A stretch of 64,000 bases of DNA from an uncultured Bacillota bacterium (lineage in GTDB: Bacteria; Bacillota; Clostridia; Christensenellales; UBA1242). This document shows, in pieces, positions 18,272 to 27,857 of the stretch (position 1 is its first letter; every line of letters begins with the position of its first letter). Location: positions 18,053 to 82,052 of the forward strand of contig URWY01000002.1 of assembly GCA_900551705.1 (NCBI GenBank). The letters run 5' to 3'. The position numbers and the translations under genes are program-made. The notes under the pieces are model-generated. The model worked only from the letters and a program-made list of their open reading frames with translations, searched no databases and was not told the origin of the DNA.

Positions 18272-18346
18272 TGGCGCCCCCTGTAAGATTCGAACTTACG
18301 ACCTATCGGTTAACAGCCGAGTGCTCCACCGCTGAGCTAAGGAGGC
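18272..18346 (-). tRNA. tRNA-Asn (anticodon GUU)
   Basis: Manually folded cloverleaf. Acceptor GCCTCCT/AGGGGGC, anticodon loop CTGTTAA, T-arm GTAAG-TTCGAAT-CTTAC, encoded CCA. Confidence 0.9.
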
Positions 18347-18368
18347 ATATTTCATGCTTGCATGGAGC

Positions 18369-18397
18369 ATTTTAATACATTTCTGCGCCCATGTCAA
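18369..18397 (-). promoter_or_regulatory. Sigma-A-type promoter of tRNA-Asn (TTGACA-17-TAAAAT)
   Basis: Minus-strand TTGACA at 18397-18392, a 17-nt spacer, then TAAAAT at 18374-18369. Confidence 0.6.
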
Positions 18398-18424
18398 GCA
18401 TTTTATGAAAATATTTTTTATTTT

Positions 18425-19666
18425 TTAACTTCTTTTTCTCAAACTCTCTTGAACTGCATTTTTCCAATCTTCGGTTGCTGGAATAAATTGACCTGTTGCT
18501 GTTCTAATTTGAGTTCCCGTGGCAGTTGTTGTCAAGTCCATATTTGATGCATTAAATCCATAGATTGTTACTGTCATTTTGATTTCACTGGTCAAATAAC
18601 TTTGGTCTTTTGCCAAAAATCCAATTAAAACTGAATATGGATCTTCGCCTTTCGCAAGAACATTTGTGAAATAAATATATTTGCCATTTTCTTTTGCAAG
18701 GTCGACATATATTTGATTTCCTGGCAAGCCATCAAGTTGCCCGTTTGCTATTTCGTTAATATTTGACACATTGTATATATCAGATTTATGAGTTTCGTCA
18801 AGCCTAATGAAAAATTTACTTGATATGTCATTTCCTGCTGCATCAGTGAATTTGACTGACATTGCAAAACTTGTATAGCCTGCAAAACTTGAACTCAATG
18901 GGTTTTCAATCGTAATTGCCTTTTTAAAAGTAACAATGTTACCCGTCACTTCTTCCGAATAAATTGAGTGCTCTATTTGCGTTACCGCTGGCACTGCATC
19001 AAAAGTTAAATCGTATTTTGCTTCAACTTTTTGCTCTGCTGGCCAGAAAATGATAATTATCAAAGCAATAACAAGCAAAAGTACAACTGCGGACATCGCA
19101 TAAGTTGCATTTCTGATACGGCGTTGTTTCCTTTGGTTTAACTCTTCAACGCTCATCGCTTTTTCAACGACATTCAAGTTTTTGTCGTCAACTTTTTCTT
19201 TCGCTAGGTTTTCAGCATTCTCCGCCGCTGCCGCATCTGGTTTTTTAGGCGCTGCTTTTGGTGGCTCTGGCTTTGTTGGTTTTGTGTTTTCCGCCTTCGC
19301 GACTTCTGGTTTAGCGGGTTTTACTTGCTCAGGTTCTATTTCCTTTGGAGTTTCAACTTTTTGCGCTTTTTCAGGTTTAGGTGCAGCGTTTGGAGTTTCT
19401 TTCTTTGGAGCAGATTTAGGCGCGGCTTTTGGCATATCCGCCTTTGGTGCTGCTTTTGGAGCGGTTTTTGGAGCAGTAGGCTTTTGTGGAGCATCTGCTT
19501 TTGGCGCTGCCTTTGGTTTTGGTGGTTGAACAGGAGGTTGAGGTGACTTTGGCGCTGCTGGCTTAGGTGCTGCCACAGGCTTTTGAGGTGGTTTTGGTGC
19601 AGCCGCTTGAACTGGTGGTTTACCAGGTGCTTTTGGCGGCATTTTATTTTCCATATTTTCAGCCAT
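18425..19666 (-). CDS. Membrane-anchored hypothetical protein with a Pro/Ala/Lys-rich N-terminal region
   Basis: About 150 aa of PKPxAAPK-type low complexity, one TM helix (AVVLLLVIALIIIIFW), then a domain of about 200 aa. AAGGGGGA RBS. Confidence 0.7.
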   Translation of the reverse strand: MAENMENKMPPKAPGKPPVQAAAPKPPQKPVAAPKPAAPKSPQPPVQPPKPKAAPKADAPQKPTAPKTAPKAAPKADMPKAAPKSAPKKETPNAAPKPEKAQKVETPKEIEPEQVKPAKPEVAKAENTKPTKPEPPKAAPKKPDAAAAENAENLAKEKVDDKNLNVVEKAMSVEELNQRKQRRIRNATYAMSAVVLLLVIALIIIIFWPAEQKVEAKYDLTFDAVPAVTQIEHSIYSEEVTGNIVTFKKAITIENPLSSSFAGYTSFAMSVKFTDAAGNDISSKFFIRLDETHKSDIYNVSNINEIANGQLDGLPGNQIYVDLAKENGKYIYFTNVLAKGEDPYSVLIGFLAKDQSYLTSEIKMTVTIYGFNASNMDLTTTATGTQIRTATGQFIPATEDWKNAVQESLRKRS

Positions 19667-19773
19667 ATAAATCCCCCTTTTATCTTTTTCTTAATTTTAC
19701 AAAATTAAAATTGTTTTGTCTACTAATTTTAACAAAATTGAATATATACGCCCAAATTCTTCAAAATAAAACT

Positions 19774-20970
19774 ATGAGAAGTTTTATAATTACTTTAATA
19801 TTTATAAGCGTTGTTGGCGTGCTGTTTGCCCTTCCGCTCACAATAAATTCGTTCATTAGCGATAGTCCGCTTTACAAAGAAGAAAAGCAAGAAATCATCG
19901 ACCATGAATACACAAACGAAGAAAATGCAGATTTTGGGCAAATCAAAAGCGTTCAAAAAGTTGAAAAAGTGCCTTATTATGGACAAATTGAGCATATATT
20001 CACCCACTGCTTAATCGCTTATCCAAAACTTGCATTTGACAATAGCAATCCAATGGCTTACAACTACGCTCGCGATTGCATTACATCAACAGAATTTTTA
20101 AACTTATTAAACGAACTTTACAAAAACAACTATGTTCTTATTAATATAAACACGCTTTTTACAAATAAAAATGGAAAAATAGAAAAATGTAAAATTTATG
20201 TTCCAAAAGGTAAAAAACCGCTGGTTATGTCGTTTGACGATGTCGTTTACGACCATAGGAAAATGAAAAACGGAATGGTTGATAAAATAGCAATAAACGC
20301 TAACGGCAAAGTTGTGAGTGAAACATTTGAAAATTGGCAAAACGGCAGCGGAAAACTTGTTCAAAGTTATACAAGTGAATTTATTTCGATTTTGGATAAA
20401 TTTGTTGAAAAACACCCAGATTTTAGCATAGATGGCGCAAAAGGAACGATTTGTTTAACTGGATTTGACGGCGTTTTAGGCTATAGGACATCATCAAATA
20501 ACACTGAAAATCGAGAAAGCGAAATTGAAAAAGCCAAGAAAGTTGTTCAAAAACTTAAAAATAATGGCTGGACTTTTGCTTGCCATTCCTACGGACATTA
20601 TCACATGAACAAAATAACTGACGAAAAATTTAAAGAAGAAATTGCACTTTGGCAATCGGAAGTTGAACCTATAATTGGCAAAACAAAGATTTATGTCTAC
20701 CCTTATGGCGAATGGCAACTCAACAACAATGACAACAGTTTCACAAACAAACATCAGATGTTAATAAATGCTGGATTTGAATTATATTGCGGCGTTGGAA
20801 GCAAACAATTTTTTGGCTATTTACCATTAAATCAAACAGCAAACAAAACGCTTTTCATGGACAGAATACCAATCGATGGTTACAGTTTGGAAAACAACCA
20901 AAAATATCTATCTCGAATTTTCGATGCTGACAAAGTCATTGATTATAAGTCAAGAAAAAATTTTGCATAA
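19774..20970 (+). CDS. Putative polysaccharide deacetylase-family protein with an N-terminal signal/anchor
   Basis: Start moved to MRSFIITLIFISVVG. PLVMSFDDVVYD and FACHSYGHYHMN resemble NodB-type motifs. Confidence 0.5.
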   Translation: MRSFIITLIFISVVGVLFALPLTINSFISDSPLYKEEKQEIIDHEYTNEENADFGQIKSVQKVEKVPYYGQIEHIFTHCLIAYPKLAFDNSNPMAYNYARDCITSTEFLNLLNELYKNNYVLININTLFTNKNGKIEKCKIYVPKGKKPLVMSFDDVVYDHRKMKNGMVDKIAINANGKVVSETFENWQNGSGKLVQSYTSEFISILDKFVEKHPDFSIDGAKGTICLTGFDGVLGYRTSSNNTENRESEIEKAKKVVQKLKNNGWTFACHSYGHYHMNKITDEKFKEEIALWQSEVEPIIGKTKIYVYPYGEWQLNNNDNSFTNKHQMLINAGFELYCGVGSKQFFGYLPLNQTANKTLFMDRIPIDGYSLENNQKYLSRIFDADKVIDYKSRKNFA

Positions 20971-20997
20971 AAAAACCGCTTTAAAAGCGGCTTAAAA

Positions 20998-21228
20998 TTA
21001 TTTCTTATTTGCTTCGATATAATTGATTATATCTCCAACGGTTTTTAAATTCATTGCATCTTCGTCTGGAATTGAAAGACCAAATTCTTCTTCAACAAGC
21101 ATTAACATTTCTACCATATCAAGTGAGTCTGCACCCAAATCTTCAATTAATTTAGCGTTTAATTGAACCTTGTCTTTTGAAATGTTAAGTTGAGATGCAA
21201 GCATTTCAATAACTTTTTCTGAAACCAT
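20998..21228 (-). CDS. acpP: Acyl carrier protein
   Basis: Start at MVSEKV with a GGAGG RBS. LGADSLDMVEMLMLVEEEFG contains the phosphopantetheine Ser. Confidence 0.85.
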   Translation of the reverse strand: MVSEKVIEMLASQLNISKDKVQLNAKLIEDLGADSLDMVEMLMLVEEEFGLSIPDEDAMNLKTVGDIINYIEANKK

Positions 21229-21327
21229 TTTTTCCTCCAAATAATATTTTACTTGCATAGTGTAACATATATTCAAAAGTTTTCAAACTAATTTTACAAA
21301 TATAAAATTTTGTGTTAATATCAAATC

Positions 21328-21975
21328 ATGAGCGACAAAAAACAGATTCTTGAAATTCTAAAAAATAAATTTCCAGCGGCAGATTGCGAATTGCATTTTA
21401 ACAACAATTATGAACTTATTGTTGCTGTTATTTTGTCCGCGCAATGCACAGATAAACGCGTTAATCTTGTCACTCCTAACCTATTTAAAAAATATCCAAC
21501 TGTTAAAGATTTGGCAAATGCTGACGAACAAGAACTAAAAAATATTATTCATAGTTGCGGATTTTACAACAATAAATCAAAAAATTTAATCGCTATGGCA
21601 AAAGATGTTTGCCAAAAATTTGGCGGAGAAATTCCATCAGATTATGACGATTTAATATCCCTAAGTGGTGTTGGAAGAAAAACTGCGAATGTTGTTATGG
21701 CTGTCGGCTTTGGAAAAGATGCAATCGCAGTTGACACGCATGTTTTCAGAGTTTCAAATAGGCTTGGAATAAAAAGCAAAAACCCTTTAGAATGTGAAAA
21801 ACAACTTCAAAAAATTTTTGACCAAAAAGATTGGACGCATCTTCACTATTTATTAGTGCTGTTTGGAAGATATTATTGCAAGGCAATTAAGCCAGAATGT
21901 TCAAACTGCGAACTTAAAGAATTTTGCAAATATAATAAAAATTTGCAAAAAATGGAGAAAAATAGCAAAAAATAG
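21328..21975 (+). CDS. nth: Endonuclease III
   Basis: VAVILSAQCTDKRVN, HhH motif LSGVGRKTANVV, and the 4Fe-4S cluster CKAIKPECSNCELKEFC. Confidence 0.9.
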   Translation: MSDKKQILEILKNKFPAADCELHFNNNYELIVAVILSAQCTDKRVNLVTPNLFKKYPTVKDLANADEQELKNIIHSCGFYNNKSKNLIAMAKDVCQKFGGEIPSDYDDLISLSGVGRKTANVVMAVGFGKDAIAVDTHVFRVSNRLGIKSKNPLECEKQLQKIFDQKDWTHLHYLLVLFGRYYCKAIKPECSNCELKEFCKYNKNLQKMEKNSKK

Positions 21976-22040
21976 TTGTTTTTTATAAATTTCTTTGCTA
22001 TTCTCTTAAAGAAAATTGAAATATCCAATTTTCCTGGTTT

Positions 22041-22080
22041 GCGAAATTACTTTTGCGGGTTGCAGTAATTTCGCTTTTTT
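22041..22080 (+). terminator. Terminator after nth
   Basis: GCGAAATTACT (22041-22051) pairs with AGTAATTTCGC (22064-22074), followed by T6. Confidence 0.7.
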
Positions 22081-22138
22081 AATTGATATTTTATTGTAAT
22101 ATGTGTTATACTTTTATAGAAAATTCAATGAGGTTTAT

Positions 22139-23416
22139 ATGTTTTTAGATAAAGTTAAAATCAAAATTCAAGCAGGAAATGGCGGCGATGGCGCTGTTTC
22201 TTTTCATAGAACAAAATTAACAATGAATGGCGGACCAGATGGCGGCAATGGCGGTAAAGGCGGCGATATAATTTTTGTTGCAAAAAACGACTTGAACACC
22301 CTTTACTCTTTCAAATTCCAAAAAAAATTCAAGGCTGGCGATGGCGAGCGTGGTGGCAAACAACTTTGCCAAGGTAAAGACGGCGAAGATGTTATCATTC
22401 CAGTTCCATGCGGAACAATAATCAAAGATGCCGAAACAGAAAAAGTTCTTGCCGACTTAACTAAAGAAAACGAAAAAGTTAGAATTTTGCGTGGTGGCAA
22501 TGGCGGTCGTGGCAACAATTTTTACGCAACTCCAACAAGGCAAGCGCCACACTTTTCTCAAAGCGGAGAAAGAACAAAACAATATGAAGTTGTTTTGGAA
22601 TTAAAAACAATCGCCGATGTCGGCTTGGTTGGCTATCCAAATGTTGGCAAATCAACTCTCCTGTCCGTTATAACAAATGCAAGGCCAAAAATTGCAAACT
22701 ATCATTTCACAACACTCACACCTAACCTTGGCGTGGTTGATTATTTTGGAAACACTTTCGTTCTTGCAGACATTCCAGGGCTCATTGAAGGCGCAAGCGA
22801 AGGCGTTGGCTTAGGGCACGAATTTTTAAAGCATGTCGAACGCGTAAGGCTTATTCTTCACATGATAGACATTTCAGGCTTTGAAGGTAGAGAACCTTTT
22901 GAAGACTATGAGAACATAAATCGCGAACTTAAAAATTACAGCGAAAAACTTGCTTCTCTTAAACAAATCATCGTTTTCACAAAATGCGATTTGCTTCCAA
23001 ATGATGTTTTAAACGAAAAAATTGCAGATTTTAAATCAAAATTGAATGACAAAAACGCTATTATTTTAACAATTTCTTCAATCACCAGCCTTGGTCTTGA
23101 CGAACTTAAAAAGACAATCTGGGAAAACATCAAAGATATTCCAAAACCAACTCCAATGGAAATTGAACTTGAAGAACTAGACAAACGCGACACATCAAGT
23201 TTGACAATCACAATTGAAGAAGACGGCGCTTATAGGCTTGAAGGCGGACTCATTGACAATCTTTCTCGCGGCATAATCTTAGACGATATGGAAAGTTTTG
23301 CTTACTTCCAAAAACGCTTAAAACAAGACGGAATTTTAGATAAATTAAAAGAATATGGCGCACAAGACGGCGACACAATTCGAATTAAAGACATTGAATT
23401 TACAATGGTAGATTAA
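22139..23416 (+). CDS. obg: GTPase Obg
   Basis: Start at MFLDKVKIKIQAGNGGDGAVSFHR with a GAGG RBS. G1 motif GYPNVGKST, and DIPGLIEGAS. Confidence 0.9.
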   Translation: MFLDKVKIKIQAGNGGDGAVSFHRTKLTMNGGPDGGNGGKGGDIIFVAKNDLNTLYSFKFQKKFKAGDGERGGKQLCQGKDGEDVIIPVPCGTIIKDAETEKVLADLTKENEKVRILRGGNGGRGNNFYATPTRQAPHFSQSGERTKQYEVVLELKTIADVGLVGYPNVGKSTLLSVITNARPKIANYHFTTLTPNLGVVDYFGNTFVLADIPGLIEGASEGVGLGHEFLKHVERVRLILHMIDISGFEGREPFEDYENINRELKNYSEKLASLKQIIVFTKCDLLPNDVLNEKIADFKSKLNDKNAIILTISSITSLGLDELKKTIWENIKDIPKPTPMEIELEELDKRDTSSLTITIEEDGAYRLEGGLIDNLSRGIILDDMESFAYFQKRLKQDGILDKLKEYGAQDGDTIRIKDIEFTMVD

Positions 23417-23420
23417 TAAA

Positions 23421-23445
23421 ACGCTCCGAGATTTGGAGCGTTTTT
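23421..23445 (+). terminator. Terminator after obg
   Basis: ACGCTCC-GAGATTT-GGAGCGT followed by T5. Confidence 0.7.
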
Positions 23446-23455
23446 AAATTTGATA

Positions 23456-23484
23456 TTGACAATCAACATAATGTATTGTATCAT
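23456..23484 (+). promoter_or_regulatory. Sigma-A-type promoter (TTGACA-17-TATCAT)
   Basis: TTGACA at 23456-23461, a 17-nt spacer, then TATCAT at 23479-23484. Confidence 0.55.
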
Positions 23485-23519
23485 ATAAATAAATATATAC
23501 TCAAATTTAAGAGGTGCTT

Positions 23520-24293
<774 letters not shown>

Positions 24294-24306
24294 ATCACCA
24301 AATAGA

Positions 24307-25263
24307 ATGGCGTTTGTTGTTAACAATTATTCAGTTTTTGATGTTAACTATGACGGCAAAAATTTTGTTGTTAGTGCATACATGTCTGATCTCGCAGATT
24401 TAGAATACGAAAATTATGTTCAAGATAACTTATATTTAACTGAGGGTGCAACAGAACTTCTAGCAAGAATGTTCGATTGCCAATACCAAAACAAAGATTT
24501 AATTTCAATGTGTGCATATAACATGAACACAAAATATTGCGAACTTTTGTATCGCATATATGGTGATGAATTCTTTGAAGCCTTTTTTGGACAATCAAAC
24601 GAGCATCTCAGAGACTTAATGGGGCTTGAAGATGAAGAATATAATTTATTCACAGCAAATATAAACATGTTGTTAGAATCAAATTCAAAAGAAGAAATGG
24701 AAACTCTTCACTCATTGATTATGGACACAATCATTTCATGTTTTGCAGATCACTTGATAAACAATATAATCAACAACACAGACATGTTCTTTAATTCAAG
24801 AGAAATTGAAGTAGCAATCGAAAAGTCAATTTTGGAATTTAGCACAAGTATGTATGACGGACTTGGGAACAACCCAGCATACTATCAAAAGTATTTAAGA
24901 CAAAGCAGTTTGGCAAATTTATATAACGATTGCGTAGAAGCCTTGCAAAATGTTATTCAACTTGACGAAGTCGCAAATATAATTGGCTACGAAGAAGTTG
25001 CTAAAATTCAAAATGTTGGATATATGTCAGAAAAGCGCGCAAAAGACTTTTATTCAGACATAAATTTCATGAACGACAACTCTTACTTCTTCACTAAAAA
25101 CAATCTCACTCAAATTAATCCAACCGACTACTTGAATGGTAAAGAATTGGAAGTCTGCGATGTCAACAAACAAGAATATTTGCGCAAAAAAGCAAAATTG
25201 CCAACAATGCGACAAATGAATACTTGGTATCAAAATTATAACAATTCGTTAAATAAAGATTAA
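24307..25263 (+). CDS. Hypothetical protein; probably the 3' part of the split gene
   Basis: 318-aa ORF with no Shine-Dalgarno upstream. Its reading frame stays open back through the whole AG tract to 24223. Confidence 0.55.
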   Translation: MAFVVNNYSVFDVNYDGKNFVVSAYMSDLADLEYENYVQDNLYLTEGATELLARMFDCQYQNKDLISMCAYNMNTKYCELLYRIYGDEFFEAFFGQSNEHLRDLMGLEDEEYNLFTANINMLLESNSKEEMETLHSLIMDTIISCFADHLINNIINNTDMFFNSREIEVAIEKSILEFSTSMYDGLGNNPAYYQKYLRQSSLANLYNDCVEALQNVIQLDEVANIIGYEEVAKIQNVGYMSEKRAKDFYSDINFMNDNSYFFTKNNLTQINPTDYLNGKELEVCDVNKQEYLRKKAKLPTMRQMNTWYQNYNNSLNKD

Positions 25264-25267
25264 ATAA

Positions 25268-25288
25268 ACAGCCATTTGGCTGTTTTTT
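25268..25288 (+). terminator. Terminator
   Basis: ACAGCC-ATTT-GGCTGT followed by T5. Confidence 0.7.
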
Positions 25289-25289
25289 A

Positions 25290-25318
25290 TTTACATAATG
25301 CATAATAAATGCTATAAT
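25290..25318 (+). promoter_or_regulatory. Sigma-A-type promoter (TTTACA-17-TGcTATAAT) abutting the start codon
   Basis: TTTACA at 25290-25295 and TGC TATAAT at 25310-25318. The ATG at 25326 is 7 nt after the -10. Confidence 0.6.
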
Positions 25319-25325
25319 CAAATAC

Positions 25326-25937
25326 ATGAAAAAAGTATTAATTGCAACCACAAATTATGGTAAATATCAAGTCTATAACGCCATTTTTAGCGAACTTGGC
25401 ATCGAAACTTGCAACCTTAACGACTTAGATTTGTCAGCCAAAATTGAAGAAAACGGCGCAAATGAACTTGAAAACGCGGTTATCAAAGCCAAAGCATATC
25501 ACGAATTAACCGGACTCCCTGTCTTGTCTAACGACAGCGGTCTAATCATTAACAAATTTGCTTCAAAAGACCAGCCAAAGGAACTCGTCAGACGCTACAA
25601 CGGCAAAGAACTCACCGACCAAGAACTTCTCAATGTCTACATAGAAAAACTAACAAATGTTGGCGGCAAAAGCAAAGGACATTTCGTTGTTGCCCTTGCA
25701 CTTATAGACGAAAACGGCAAACTTCACACAAAATTGTTTAACCCAAAGCGTTACTTCATTAATAAACCAAGCCTAGTAATGGTTTCAGGCATTCCTTTGT
25801 CTTCGCTTGCTTATGATAAACACACAAAAAAATATATGAGCGAAATGACAGCCGAAGAAATGAACACCTACGAAGGTAAAGCAATGAAAGCACAAAAGAA
25901 ATTTATACAAAAAGTGTTCAAAAAAACTGGGAATTAA
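25326..25937 (+). CDS. Ham1/RdgB-like (ITPase family) protein, divergent
   Basis: MKKVLIATTNYGK and LPVLSNDSGLII resemble the ATGNxGK and DDSGL motifs of non-canonical NTP pyrophosphatases, with substitutions. Confidence 0.5.
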   Translation: MKKVLIATTNYGKYQVYNAIFSELGIETCNLNDLDLSAKIEENGANELENAVIKAKAYHELTGLPVLSNDSGLIINKFASKDQPKELVRRYNGKELTDQELLNVYIEKLTNVGGKSKGHFVVALALIDENGKLHTKLFNPKRYFINKPSLVMVSGIPLSSLAYDKHTKKYMSEMTAEEMNTYEGKAMKAQKKFIQKVFKKTGN

Positions 25938-25949
25938 TCCAGTTTTTTT
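25926..25949. terminator. Bidirectional terminator between convergent genes
   Basis: ACTGG-GAATTAAT-CCAGT flanked by an A-run and T7. Confidence 0.6.
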
Positions 25950-27093
25950 AAATATGCATCTTACTCATATCTGGAAGTCCATTGCCTTCAAGATTGCGGT
26001 TAAATGTTAGCGATTTGCAACTCGCAAGCAATTTGTACTTGACCATATCCGGAGTTAATAAAGGATTTTTTTCAAAGATTAGCGCACATACTCCAGCTAT
26101 CATTGGTGTTGCAACACTAGTTCCGCTTAGAACTGTGTAATTCTTTGATGGCTCAATACTGCATGAGTTAATATTCACTGCTGGCGCAATTAAATCTGGC
26201 TTATATCGCCTTAGCGCAGGTCCGCGCGATGAGAAATTTGCAATTTCAAAAAAGTTTGTGTTAAATTCGTCATTGTCAAGTCTGTTGTCATTCATTCCGC
26301 CAACAGTTATTATCTTTGCACTCGTTCCTGGAGATTTGATTGTTTGATATTCAGGCCCGCTGTTCCCTGCCGCAGCAACAACCACAACACCCCTGTCCCA
26401 AAGTGCCTCTGCGCCTTTCATTATTGGGTCATTAATGCCAAGCGGTTCACTGCCAAAACTCATGCAAACAACTTTAATATTATATTTTTTATAGTTGTCA
26501 TATACCCATTGCATCGCTTCCAAAATTACAATCGCACTCGCTTCGCCGGCATTGTTCAATGCTTTTATTGAAATTATGTTGCTTTCAGGTGCAATACCTT
26601 TAAATTTCCCGCCACTCAAACAGCCATTACCGCTTCCTACACCCGCAACAAATGTTCCGTGGCCGTTGTCATCGTATGGTGTTTTTCTATCATTAAACAA
26701 GTCTATAAATTTAATTATTCTGTTTTTACAAATTGTGAAATCTCCGTGCGGTTTAATTCCAGTGTCTATATAACAAATCGTCACGCCCTTACCTGTCAAT
26801 TTTTCATCAATGTTAAGCACTTTTCGCGCCACATTCATCAGTGCCATAACGCTCGACTGCTTGGTTATAAACTTCACCCAACTGCGATTACATAGGTCAA
26901 TGATTTCACTCGGATTTGCCTCAATCGCCACTGCCTTTATAAATGGAAATTCGGCAACAACTCGATGTTTGCCTTTAAAATATCGTTTTGCTGACACCAA
27001 ATTTTCAACATAGGCAATGCAATTTATGTGCATATTATCACTCATTGCCATCACAGAAAATAAATCTTTGTCCAACTTGTTTAAATTTTTCAC
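25948..27093 (-). CDS. Subtilisin-like S8 serine peptidase with no obvious signal peptide
   Basis: Catalytic triad contexts ICYIDTGI, NGHGTFVAG and GTSVATPMIAG. GTG start. Confidence 0.85.
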   Translation of the reverse strand: MKNLNKLDKDLFSVMAMSDNMHINCIAYVENLVSAKRYFKGKHRVVAEFPFIKAVAIEANPSEIIDLCNRSWVKFITKQSSVMALMNVARKVLNIDEKLTGKGVTICYIDTGIKPHGDFTICKNRIIKFIDLFNDRKTPYDDNGHGTFVAGVGSGNGCLSGGKFKGIAPESNIISIKALNNAGEASAIVILEAMQWVYDNYKKYNIKVVCMSFGSEPLGINDPIMKGAEALWDRGVVVVAAAGNSGPEYQTIKSPGTSAKIITVGGMNDNRLDNDEFNTNFFEIANFSSRGPALRRYKPDLIAPAVNINSCSIEPSKNYTVLSGTSVATPMIAGVCALIFEKNPLLTPDMVKYKLLASCKSLTFNRNLEGNGLPDMSKMHI

Positions 27094-27103
27094 ATCGCCC
27101 CCG

Positions 27104-27397
27104 CTATTTTATTCTATTCAGTAAATTTTGAAGTGTTCGTTGTTGGTCAGGCGTGAGATAATCTTTCACCATTTCCACCGAAGATGAAATTTTGTTGAAA
27201 TCAAATGTGCCGTTGGCCTTTGAAGATTGAACTTCACTAAGAAGTTTATGCATCATTTCACCTTGACTCATCGATGAATATTCTTGAACTTTGCTCTTAA
27301 CAAACTCTTCATTCATTGAATTTTTTTCGCTTTTAAGGCAACTTTTTTGCTCACATTTACCATTTTCTTCTGCAAAATCATAAAGATTTTTCGCCAT
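27104..27397 (-). CDS. Small hypothetical protein
   Basis: Start moved to MAKNLYDF with an AAGGAG RBS. Confidence 0.5.
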   Translation of the reverse strand: MAKNLYDFAEENGKCEQKSCLKSEKNSMNEEFVKSKVQEYSSMSQGEMMHKLLSEVQSSKANGTFDFNKISSSVEMVKDYLTPDQQRTLQNLLNRIK

Positions 27398-27464
27398 ACC
27401 CGCTCCTTTTTTAACTAAATTATTATATGCCGCATATATATTTATTGTTAGAAAGGGAGTAAAT

Positions 27465-27857
27465 TTGAATTTCAATAATTTATTTAATTCCAATAATTCA
27501 CAATTTCAAGAAAATAGCGTTGACAAAAGTTCAAACGCTAATTTATCACTCTATCCTGAGTGCCAAAATTGCGGTTATAACAATCAAAATAAACAATTCG
27601 AGCAAATTAACGAGACAAATCAAAATCAAGCTCAGAATGCAAATTTGAGCAGCATTTTACAATTATTAAGTCTGTTCAATGCAAAAAAAATGGACATGAC
27701 CACTCTGCTTGCATCTCCACTTGGCAAAAAACTTGGCATAAATGAAAATTTGGCATCAATGCTGTCGCTTTTAAACACTAAAAATCAATCAAAAACATTA
27801 TCAAACACTCAGAAAGAGACATTGCCTAAAATAGACTCACTAGGACGCCTAAAATGA
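27465..27857 (+). CDS. Asn/Gln-rich hypothetical protein
   Basis: TTG start 5 nt after GGGAG. ATGA overlap with murG. Confidence 0.5.
   Translation: MNFNNLFNSNNSQFQENSVDKSSNANLSLYPECQNCGYNNQNKQFEQINETNQNQAQNANLSSILQLLSLFNAKKMDMTTLLASPLGKKLGINENLASMLSLLNTKNQSKTLSNTQKETLPKIDSLGRLK

Noticed and set aside
19182-19546. Plus-strand ORFs of 115 and 73 aa rich in Gly/Ala/Phe
   Set aside because: They are the antisense reading of the Pro/Ala/Lys-rich region of the 18425-19666 gene.
19567-19773. Long N-terminal extensions in the ORF track (also 11061, 15172, 16959, 10965-11045, 12778-12852, 31690-31713)
   Set aside because: The extensions overlap neighbouring genes, terminators or promoters and lack RBSs. 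Internal ATGs preceded by GGAG-type RBSs give N-termini that match the protein families.
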